Shown one piece after another: positions 1 through 12,300 of a DNA stretch of 64,000 bases (within the stretch, counting starts at the first letter, position 1; every line of letters begins with the position of its first letter). This DNA comes from Auanema rhodensis (lineage: Eukaryota; Animalia; Nematoda). Position numbers and translations under genes: made by a program. The stretch covers positions 12,400,001 to 12,464,000 of the forward strand of contig OZ059894.1 of NCBI GenBank assembly GCA_964057225.1, written 5' to 3'. The notes below the pieces were generated by a model. It ran no database searches, was not told where the DNA came from, and saw nothing but the letters and a program-made list of their open reading frames with translations.

Positions 1-974
1 CGTCAAGGTTAAACAAGATTGATCATCATTTAACGAAACGTTTAAATATATGAATGAACTCAACAATTATTTTACCAATATGCCAATACAACAACATTTT
101 TTTTAATGTGAGACAAATTGAAGCCTAAGTTGATGAGAACTTTGGAACAGTTGCAGTGACTTACACATGAAAACACATGCCAAACCGTTTTTTCTATCTC
201 ACAGTATAACAAGTAACTGAACAACATAAGCACGTCAAGGTTAAACAAGATTGATCATAATTTAACGAAACGTTTAAATATATGAATGAACTTAACTATT
301 ATCTCACCAATATGCCAATAGAACAACTTTTTTTAATGTGAGACAGATTGCAGCATAATTAAATGAGAACTTTAGAACAGTTGCAGTGACTCACACATGA
401 AAACACATGCCAAACCGTTTTTTCTATCTCACAGTATAACAAGTAACTGAACAACATAAGCTCGTCGAGGTTAAACAAGATTGATCATCATTTAACGATA
501 CGTTTAAATATATGAATGAACTTAACAATTATTTTACCAATATGCCAATGCAACAACTTTTTCTAATGTGAGACAAATTGAAGCCTAAGTTGAGGAGAAC
601 TTTGGAACAGTTGCAGTGACCCACACATGAAAACACATGCCAAACCGTTTTTTCTATCTCACACTCTAACAAGTAACTGAACAACATAAGCACATTGAGG
701 TTAAACGAGGTTGATCATCATCAAACGAAACGTTTGTATATATGAATGAACTCAACTATTATTTCACCAATATGCCAATACAACAACTTTTTTCAATGTG
801 AGACGAATTGCAGCATAATTTGATGAGAACTTTGGAACAGTTGCAGTGACCCACACATGAAAACACATGCCAAACCGTTTTTTCTATCTCACATTATAAC
901 AAGTAACTGAACAACATAAGCACATCGAGGTTTAACAAGATTGATCATCATTCAACGAAACGTTTGTATATATG

Positions 975-1160
975 AATGAATTTAACATTTATTTTACCAA
1001 TAACCCAATGCAACTATCTTCTCTCATGTAAGACAAATTGAAGCCTAAGTTGATAAGAACTTTGGAACAGTTGCAGTGACCCACACATGAAAACACATGC
1101 CAAATCGTTTTTTCTATCTCACATTATAACAAGTAACTGAACAACATAAGCCCATCGAGG
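975..1160 (+). repeat. Rare monomer class E (first of 8 copies)
   Basis: Marker 'taacccaatgcaactatcttctctcatg...gttgataagaac' lies at 1001, 3542, 5390, 5620, 16735, 19975, 23217 and 58205. It is usually followed by 'aatcgtttt' and 'aagcccatcgagg'. Confidence 0.9.
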
Positions 1161-1584
1161 TTAAACAAGATTGATCATCATTCAACGAAACGTTTAAATA
1201 TATGAATGAACTCAATAATTAATTTACCAATATACCAATGCAACAACATTTTTTTTAATGTGAGACAAATTGAAGCCTAAGTTGATGAGAACTTTGGAAC
1301 AGTTGCAGTGACTTACACATGAAAACACATGCCAAACCGTTTTTTCTATCTCACATTATAACAAGTAACTGAACAACATAAGCACATCGAGGTTAAACGA
1401 GATTGATCATCATCAAACGAAACGTTTGTATATATGAATGAACTTAACTATTATTTCACCAATATGCCAATACAACAACTTTTTTTGATGTGAGACAAAT
1501 TGCAGCATAATTGGATGAGAACTTTAGAACAGTTGCAGTGACTCACACTTGAAAACACATGCCAAACCGTTTTTTTTATCTCAC

Positions 1585-1690
1585 AGTACAACAAAAAACT
1601 GAGCAACATATGAACATTGTGGTTGAAAATGATGAGTCATCATTTACCGAAACGTTCGTATATATTATATGAATCAACTTAACAAATATT
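1585..1690 (+). repeat. Divergent monomer segment class D (first of 47 full copies)
   Basis: Consensus gtacaacaaaaaactgagcaacatatgaacattgtggttgaacatgatgagtcatcatttaccgaaacgttcgtatatattatatgaatcaac has about 17 substitutions plus a 5-bp insertion relative to the standard monomer. The 'gagcaacata' marker lies at 1601, 4141, 6680, 8528, 9686, 10613, 11774, 12701, 14092, 14559, 17334, 18261 and onward to 54184, 57646, 60191. Confidence 0.93.
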
Positions 1691-4600
1691 TCACCAATAT
1701 GCCAATACAACAACATTTTTTTTAATGTGAGACAAATTGAAGCCTAATTTGATGAAAACTTTGAAACAGTTGCAGTGACTCACACATGAAAACACATGCC
1801 AAACCGTTTTTTCTATCTCACAGTATAACAAGTAACTGAACAACATAAGCACGTCAAGGTTAAACAAGATTGATCATCATTTAACGAAACGTTTAAATAT
1901 ATGAATGAACTCAACAATTATTTTACCAATATGCCAATGCAACAACTTTTTCTAATGTGAGACAAATTGAAGCCTAAGTTGATGAAAACTTTGAAACAGT
2001 TGCAGTGACTCACACATGAAAACACATGCCAAACCGTTTTTTCTATCTCACATTATAACAAGTAACTGAACAACATAAGCACGTCAAGGTTAAACAAGAT
2101 TGATCATCATTTAACGATATGTTTAAATATATGAATGAACTCAACAATTATTTTACCAATATGCCAATACAACAACATTTTTTTTAATGTGAGACAAATT
2201 GAAGCCTAGTTTGATGAAAACTTTGAAACAGTTGCAGTGACTCACACATGAAAACACATGCCAAACCGTTTTTTCTATCTCACAGTATAACAAGTAACTG
2301 AACAACATAAGCACGTCAAGGTTAAACAAGATTGATCATAATTTAACGAAACGTTTAAATATATGAATGAACTTAACTATTATCTCACCAATATGCCAAT
2401 AGAACAACTTTTTTTAATGTGAGACAGATTGCAGCATAATTAAATGAGAACTTTAGAACAGTTGCAGTGACTCACACATGAAAACACATGCCAAACCGTT
2501 TTTTCTATCTCACAGTATAACAAGTAACTGAACAACATAAGCTCGTCGAGGTTAAACAAGATTGATCATCATTAAACGAAACGTTTGTATATATGAATGA
2601 ACTTAACTATTATTTCACCAATATGCCAATACAACAACTTTTTTCAATGTGAGACGAATTGCAGCATAATTTGATGAGAACTTTGGAACAGTTGCAGTGA
2701 CCCACACATGAAAACACATGCCAAACCGTTTTTTTTATCTCACATTATAACAAGTAACTGAACAACATAAGCACATCGAGGTTTAACAAGATTGATCATC
2801 ATTCAACGAAACGTTTGTATATATGAATGAACTTAACTATTATTTCACCAATATGCCAATACAACAACTTTTTTCAATGTGAGACGAATTGCAGCATAAT
2901 TTGATGAGAACTTTGGAACAGTTGCAGTGACCCACACATGAAAACACATGCCAAACCGTTTTTTCTATCTCACACTATAACAAGTAACTGAACAACATAA
3001 GCACATCGAGGTTAAACGAGATTGATCATCATTAAACGAAACGTTTGTATATATGAATGAACTTAACTATTATTTCACCAATATGCCAATACAACAACTT
3101 TTTTCAATGTGAGACGAATTGCAGCATAATTTGATGAGAACTTTGGAACAGTTGCAGTGACCCACACATGAAAACACATGCCAAACCGTTTTTTTTATCT
3201 CACATTATAACAAGTAACTGAACAACATAAGCACGTCAAGGTTAAACAAGATTGATCATAATTTAACGAAACGTTTAAATATATGAATGAACTTAACTAT
3301 TATCTCACCAATATGCCAATAGAACAACTTTTTTTGATGTGAGACAAATTGCAGCATAATTGGATGAGAATTTTAGAACAGTTGCAGTGACTCACACTTG
3401 AAAACACATGCCAAACCGTTTTTTTTATCTCACACTATAACAAGTAACTGAACAACATAAGCACATCGAGGTTTAACAAGATTGATCATCATTCAACGAA
3501 ACGTTTGTATATATGAATGAATTTAACATTTATTTTACCAATAACCCAATGCAACTATCTTCTCTCATGTAAGACAAATTGAAGCCTAAGTTGATAAGAA
3601 CTTTGGAACAGTTGCAGTGACCCACACATGAAAACACATGCCAAATCGTTTTTTCTATCTCACATTATAACAAGTAACTGAACAACATAAGCCCATCGAG
3701 GTTAAACAAGATTGATCATCATTCAACGAAACGTTTAAATATATGAATGAACTCAATAATTATTTTACCAATATACCAATGCAACAACATTTTTTTTAAT
3801 GTGAGACAAATTGAAGCCTAAGTTGATGAGAACTTTGGAACAGTTGCAGTGACTTACACATGAAAACACATGCCAAACCGTTTTTTCTATCTCACATTAT
3901 AACAAGTAACTGAACAACATAAGCACATCGAGGTTAAACGAGATTGATCATCATTAAACGAAACATTTGTATATATGAATGAACTTAACTATTATTTCAC
4001 CAATATGCCAATACAACAACTTTTTTTGATGTGAGACAAATTGCAGCATAATTGGATGAGAACTTTAGAACAGTTGCAGTGACTCACACTTGAAAACACA
4101 TGCCAAACCGTTTTTTTATCTCACAGTACAACAAAAAACTGAGCAACATATGAACATTGTGGTTGAACATGATGAGTCATCATTTACCGAAACGTTCGTA
4201 TATATTATATGAATCAACTTAACAAATATTTCACCAATATGCCAATACAACAACATTTTTTTTAATGTGAGACAAATTGAAGCCTAATTTGATGAAAACT
4301 TTGAAACAGTTGCAGTGACTCACACATGAAAACACATGCCAAACCGTTTTTTCTATCTCACAGTATAACAAGTAACTGAACAACATAAGCACGTCAAGGT
4401 TAAACAAGATTGATCATAATTTAACGAAACGTTTAAATATATGAATGAACTTAACTATTATCTCACCAATATGCCAATAGAACAACTTTTTTTAATGTGA
4501 GACAGATTGCAGCATAATTTGATGAGAACTTTAGAACAGTTGCAGTGACTCACACATGAAAACACATGCCAAACCGTTTTTTCTATCTCACAGTATAACA

Positions 4601-7600
4601 AGTAACTGAACAACATAAGCTCGTCGAGGTTAAACAAGATTGATCATCATTTAACGAAACGTTTAAATATATAAATGAACTTAACAATTATTTTACCAAT
4701 ATGCCAATGCAACAACTTTTTCTAATGTGAGACAAATTCAAGCCTAAGTTGATGAGAACTTTGTAACAGTTGCAGTGACCCACACATGAAAACACATGCC
4801 AAACCGTTTTTTCTATCTCACATTATAACAAGTAACTGAACAACATAAGCACGTCAAGGTTAAACAAGATTGATCATCATTTAACGAAACGTTTAAATAT
4901 ATGAATGAACTCAACAATTATTTTACCAATATGCCAATGCAACAACTTTTTCTAATGTGAGACAAATTGAAGCCTAAGTTGATGAGAACTTTGGAACAGT
5001 TGCAGTGACCCACACATGAAAACACATGCCAAACCGTTTTTTCTATCTCACATTATAAGAAGTAACTGAACAACATAAGCACGTCATGGTTAAACAAGAT
5101 TGATCATCATTAAACGAAACGTTTAAATATATGAATGAAATCAACAATTATTTTACCAATATGCCAATGCAACAACTTTTTCTAATGTGAGACAAATTGA
5201 AGCCTAAGTTGATGAGAACTTTGGAACAGTTGCAGTGACCCACACATGAAAACACATGCCAAACCGTTTTTTCTATCTCACATTATAACAAGTAACTGAA
5301 CAACATAAGCACATCGAGGTTAAACGAGATTGATCATCATTAAACGAAACGTTTGTATATATGAATGAACTTAACTATTATTTCACTAATAACCCAATGC
5401 AACTATCTTCTCTCATGTAAGACAAATTGAAGCCTAAGTTGATAAGAACTTTGGAACAGTTGCAGTGACCCACACATGAAAACACATGCCAAACCGTTTT
5501 TTCTATCTCACATTATAACAAGTAACTGAACAACATAAGCACGTCAAGGTTAAACAAGATTGATCATCATTTAACGAAACGTTTAAATATATGAATGAAC
5601 TCAACAATTATTTTACCAATAACCCAATGCAACTATCTTCTCTCATGTAAGACAAATTGAAGCCTAAGTTGATAAGAACTTTGGAACAGTTGCAGTGACC
5701 CACACATGAAAACACATGCCAAATCGTTTTTTCTATCTCACAATATAACGAGTAACTGAACAACATAAGCCCATCGAGGTTAAACAAGATTGATCATCAT
5801 TCAACGAAACGTTTAAATATATGAATGAACTCAATAATTATTTTACCAATATACCAATGCAACAACATTTTTTTTAATGTGAGACAAATTGAAGCCTAAG
5901 TTGATGAGAACTTTGGAACAGTTGCAGTGACTTACACATGAAAACACATGCCAAACCGTTTTTTCTATCTCACATTATAACAAGTAACTGAACAACATAA
6001 GCACATCGAGGTTAAACGAGATTGATCATCATTAAACGAAACGTTTGTATATATGAATGAACTTAACTATTATTTCACCGATATGCCAATAGAACAACTT
6101 TTTTTAATGTGAGACAGATTGCAGCATAATTTGATGAGAACTTTAGAACAGTTGCAGTGACTCACACATGAAAACACATGCCAAACCGTTTTTTCTATCT
6201 CACAGTATAACAAGTAACTGAACAACATAAGCTCGTCGAGGTTAAACAAGATTGATCATCATTTAACGAAACGTTTAAATATATGAATGAACTCAACAAT
6301 TATTTTACCAATATGCCAATGCAACAACTTTTTCTAATGTGAGACAAATTGAAGCCTAAGTTGATGAGAACTTTGGAACAGTTGCAGTGACCCACACATG
6401 AAAACACATGCCAAACCGTTTTTTCTATCTCACATTATAACAAGTAACTGAACAACATAAACACATCGAGGTTAAACGAGATTGATCATCATTAAACGAA
6501 ACGTTTGTATATATGAATGAACTTAACTATTATTTCACCAATATGCCAATACAACAACTTTTTTTAATGTGAGACAAATTGCAGCATAATTGGATGAAAA
6601 CTTTAGAACAGTTGCAGTGACTCACACTTGAAAACACATGCCAAACCGTTTTTTTTATCTCACAGTACAACAAAAAACTGAGCAACATATGAACATTGTG
6701 GTTGAACATGATGAGTCATCATTTACCGAAACGTTCGTATATATTATATGAATCAACTTAACAAATATTTCACCAATATGCCAATACAACAACATTTTTT
6801 TTTAATGTGAGACAAATTGAAGCCTAATTTGATGAAAACTTTGAAACAGTTGCAGTGACTCACACATGAAAACACATGCCAAACCGTTTTTTTTATCTCA
6901 CAGTATAACAAGTAACTGAACAACATAAGCACGTCAAGGTTAAACAAGATTGATCATAATTTAACGAAACGTTTAAATATATGAATGAACTTAACTATTA
7001 TCTCAATAATATGCCAATAGAACAACTTTTTTTAATGTGAGACAGATTGCAGCATAATTTTATGAGAACTTTAGAACTGTTGCAGTGACTCACACATGAA
7101 AACACATGCCAAACCGTTTTTTCTATCTTACAGTATAACAAGTAACTGAACAACATAAGCTCGTCGAGGTTAAACAAGATTGATCATCATTTAACGAAAC
7201 GTTTAAATATATGAATGAACTTAACAATTATTTTACCAATATGCCAATGCAACAACTTTTTCTAATGTGAGACAAATTGAAGCCTAAGTTGATGAGAACT
7301 TTGTAACAGTTGCAGTGACCCACACATGAAAACACATGCCAAACCGTTTTTTCTATCTCACAGTATAACAAGTAACTGAACAACATAAGCTCGTCGAGGT
7401 TAAACAAGATTGATCATCATTTAACGAAACGTTTAAATATATGAATGAACTTAACAATTATTTTACCAATATGCCAATGCAACAACTTTTTCTAATGTGA
7501 GACAAATTGAAGCATAATTTGATGAGAACTTTAGAACAGTTGCAGTGACTCACACATGAAAACACATGCCAAACCGTTTTTTCTATCTTACAGTATAACA

Positions 7601-8081
7601 AGTAACTGAACAACATAAGCTCGTCGAGGTTAAACAAGATTGATCATCATTTAACGAAACGTTTAAATATATGAATGAACTTAACAATTATTTTACCAAT
7701 ATGCCAATGCAACAACTTTTTCTAATGTGAGACAAATTGAAGCCTAAGTTGATGAGAACTTTGTAACAGTTGCAGTGACCCACACATGAAAACACATGCC
7801 AAACCGTTTTTTCTATCTCACATTATAACAAGTAACTGAACAACATAAGCACGTCAAGGTTAAACAAGATTGATCATCATTTAACGAAACGTTTAAATAT
7901 ATGAATGAACTCAACAATTATTTTACCAATATGCCAATGCAACAACTTTTTCTAATGTGAGACAAATTGAAGCCTAAGTTGATGAGAACTTTGTAACAGT
8001 TGCAGTGACCCACACATGAAAACACATGCCAAACCGTTTTTTCTATCTCACATTATAACAAGTAACTGAACAACATAAGCA

Positions 8082-8311
8082 CGTCAAGGTTAAACAAGAT
8101 TGATCATCATTTAACGAAACGTTTAAATATATGAATGAACTCAACAATTATTTTACCAATATGCCAATGCAACAACTTTTTCTAATGTGAGACAAATTGA
8201 AGCCTAAGTTGATGAGAACTTTGGAACAGTTGCAGTGACCCACACATGAAAACACATGCCAAACCGTTTTTTCTATCTCACATTATAACAAGTAACTGAA
8301 CAACATAAGCA
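8082..8311 (+). repeat. Representative standard 230-bp monomer
   Basis: Runs cgtcaaggttaaacaagattgatc...aacaagtaactgaacaacataagca, exactly 230 nt. Hand count: A90 C44 G32 T64, with 4 CpG. Confidence 0.95.
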
Positions 8312-9300
8312 CATCGAGGTTAAACGAGATTGATCATCATTAAACGAAACGTTTGTATATATGAATGAACTTAACTATTATTTCACCAATATGCCAATAC
8401 AACAACTTTTTTTAATGTGAGACAAATTGCAGCATAATTGGATGAGAACTTTAGAACAGTTGCAGTGACTCACACTTGAAAACACATGCCAAACCGTTTT
8501 TTTTATCTCACAGTACAACAAAAAACTGAGCAACATATGAACATTGTGGTTGAACATGATGAGTCATCATTTACCGAAACGTTCGTATATATTATATGAA
8601 TCAACTTAACAAATATTTCACCAATATGCCAATACAACAACATTTTTTTTTAATGTGAGACAAATTGAAGCCTAATTTGATGAAAACTTTGAAACAGTTG
8701 TAGCGACTCACACATGAAAACACATGCCAAACCGTTTTTTCTATCTCTCAGTATAACAAGTAACTGAACAACATAAGCACGTCAAGGTTAAACAAGATTG
8801 ATCATATTTTAACGGAACGTTTAAATATATGAATGAACTTAACTATTATCTCAATAATATGCCAATAGAACAACTTTTTTTAATATGAGACAGATTGCAG
8901 CATAATTTGATGAGAACTTTAGAACAGTTGCAGTGACTCACACATGAAAACACATGCCAAACCGTTTTTTCTATCTTACAGTATAACAAGTAACTGAACA
9001 ACATAAGCTCGTCGAGGTTAAACAAGATTGATCATCATTTAACGAAACGTTTAAATATATGAATGAACTTAACAATTATTTTACCAATATGCCAATGCAA
9101 CAACTTTTTCTAATGTGAGACAAATTGAAGCCTAAGTTGATGAGAACTTTGTAACAGTTGCAGTGACCCACACATGAAAACACATGCCAAACCGTTTTTT
9201 CTATCTCACATTATAACAAGTAACTGAACAACATAAGCACGTCAAGGTTAAACAAGATTGATCATCATTTAACGAAACGTTTAAATATATGAATGAACTC

Positions 9301-12300
9301 AACAATTATTTTACCAATATGCCAATGCAACAACTTTTTCTAATGTGAGACAAATTGAAGCCTAAGTTGATGAGAACTTTGTAACAGTTGCAGTGACCCA
9401 CACATGAAAACACATGCCAAACCGTTTTTTCTATCTCACATTATAACAAGTAACTGAACAACATAAGCACGTCAAGGTTAAACAAGATTGATCATCATTT
9501 AACGAAACGTTTAAATATATGAATGAACTCAACAATTATTTTACCAATATGCCAATGCAACAACTTTTTCTAATGTGAGACAAATTGAAGCCTAAGTTGA
9601 TGTGAACTTTGGAACAGTTGCAGTGACTCACACTTGCAAACACATGCCGAACCGTTTTTTTTATCTCACAGTACAACAAAAAACTGAGCAACATATGAAC
9701 ATTGTGGTTGAACATGATGAGTCATCATTTACCGAAACGTTCGTATATATTATATGAATCAACTTAACAAATATTTCACCAATATGCCAATACAACAACA
9801 TTTTTTTTAATGTGAGACAAATCGAAGCCTAATTTGATGAAAACTTTGAAACAGTTGTAGTGACTCACACATGAAAACACATGCCAAACCGTTTTTTCTA
9901 TCTCACATTATAACAAGTAACTGAACAACATAAGCACGTCAAGGTTAAACAAGATTGATCATCATTTAACGAAACGTTTAAATATATGAATGAACTTAAC
10001 TATTATCTCACCAATATGCCAATAGAACAACTTTTTTTAATGTGAGACAGATTGCAGCATAATTTGATGAGAACTTTAGAACAGTTGCAGTGACTCACAC
10101 ATGAAAACACATGCCAAACCGTTTTTTCTATCTTACAGTATAACAAGTAACTGAACAACATAAGCTCGTCGAGGTTAAACAAGATTGATCATCATTTAAC
10201 AAAACGTTTAAATATATGAATGAACTTAACAATTATTTTACCAATATGCCAATGCAACAACTTTTTCTAATGTGAGACAAATTGAAGCCTAAGTTGATGA
10301 GAACTTTGTAACAGTTGCAGTGACCCACACATGAAAACACATGCCAAACCGTTTTTTCTATCTCACATTATAACAAGTAACTGAACAACATAAGCACGTC
10401 AAGGTTAAACAAGATTGATCATCATTTAACGAAACGTTTAAATATATGAATGAACTCAACAATTATTTTACCAATATGCCAATGCAACAACTTTTTCCAA
10501 TGTGAGACAAATTGAAGCCTAAGTTGATGAGAACTTTGTAACAGTTGCAGTGACCCACACATGAAAACACATGCCAAACCGTTTTTTTTATCTCACAGTA
10601 CAACAAAAAACTGAGCAACATATGAACATTGTGGTTGAACATGATGAGTCATCATTTACCGAAACGTTCGTATATATTATATGAATCAACTTAACAAATA
10701 TTTCACCAATATGCCAATACAACAACAGTTTTTTTTAATGTGAGACAAATTGAAGCCTAATTTGATGAAAACTTTGAAACAGTTGCAGTGACTCACACAT
10801 GAAAACACATGCCAAACCGTTTTTTCTATCTCACAGTATAACAAGTATCTGAACAACATAAGCACGTCAAGGTTAAACAAGATTGATCATAATTTAACGA
10901 AACATTTAAATATATGAATGAACTTAACAAATATTTCACCAATATGCCAATACAACAACATTTTTTTTTAATGTGAGACAAATTGAAGCCTAATTTGATG
11001 AAAACTTTGAAACAGTTGCAGTGACTCACACTTGAAAACACATGCCGAACCGTTTTTTTTATCTCACAGTATAACAAGTAACTGAACAACATAAGCACGT
11101 CAAGGTTAAACAAGATTGATCATAATTTAACGAAACGTTTAAATATATGAATGAACTTAACTATTATCTCACCAATATGCCAATAGAACAACTTTTTTTA
11201 ATGTGAGACAGATTGCAGCATAATTTGATGAGAACTTTAGAACAGTTGCAGTGACTCACACATGAAAACACATGCCAAACCGTTTTTTCTATCTTACAGT
11301 ATAACAAGTAACTGAACAACATAAGCTCGTCGAGGTTAAACAAGATTGATCATCATTTAACAAAACGTTTAAATATATGAATGAACTTAACAATTATTTT
11401 ACCAATATGCCAATGCAACAACTTTTTCTAATGTGAGACAAATTGAAGCCTAAGTTGATGAGAACTTTGTAACAGTTGCAGTGACCCACACATGAAAACA
11501 CATGCCAAACCGTTTTTTCTATCTCACATTATAACAAGTAACTGAACAACATAAGCACGTCAAGGTTAAACAAGATTGATCATCATTTAACGAAACGTTT
11601 AAATATATGAATGAACTCAACAATTATTTTACCAATATGCCAATGCAACAACTTTTTCTAATGTGAGACAAATTGAAGCCTAAGTTGATGTGAACTTTGG
11701 AACAGTTGCAGTGACTCACACTTGCAAACACATGCCGAACCGTTTTTTTTATCTCACAGTACAACAAAAAACTGAGCAACATATGAACATTGTGGTTGAA
11801 CATGATGAGTCATCATTTACCGAAACGTTCGTATATATTATATGAATCAACTTAACAAATATTTCACCAATATGCCAATACAACAACATTTTTTTTAATG
11901 TGAGACAAATCGAAGCCTAATTTGATGAAAACTTTGAAACAGTTGTAGTGACTCACACATGAAAACACATGCCAAACCGTTTTTTCTATCTCACATTATA
12001 ACAAGTAACTGAACAACATAAGCACGTCAAGGTTAAACAAGATTGATCATCATTTAACGAAACGTTTAAATATATGAATGAACTTAACTATTATCTCACC
12101 AATATGCCAATAGAACAACTTTTTTTAATGTGAGACAGATTGCAGCATAATTTGATGAGAACTTTAGAACAGTTGCAGTGACTCACACATGAAAACACAT
12201 GCCAAACCGTTTTTTCTATCTTACAGTATAACAAGTAACTGAACAACATAAGCTCGTCGAGGTTAAACAAGATTGATCATCATTTAACAAAACGTTTAAA

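Noticed and set aside
1601-6680. Fixed 11-mer (2540 bp) HOR
   Set aside because: The first two D intervals are 2540 and 2539 bp, but their internal monomer content differs and the period is not maintained downstream.
8125-8170. TATA-like (taaatatat) and double CCAAT motifs as a promoter
   Set aside because: Short motifs like these are expected in 67% AT sequence. CCAAT lies downstream of the TATA-like element on the + strand and there is no gene to drive.
8100-8240. CENP-B box
   Set aside because: The best candidates (minus-strand TTCGTTAAATG, plus-strand ctttggaac, D gttcgtat) lack the essential CGGG of nTTCGnnnnAnnCGGGn.
8150-8280. Monomer built from two ~115-bp subrepeats
   Set aside because: ATGCCAA followed by a T-tract occurs twice, but the spacing is about 95/135 bp and the similarity does not extend.
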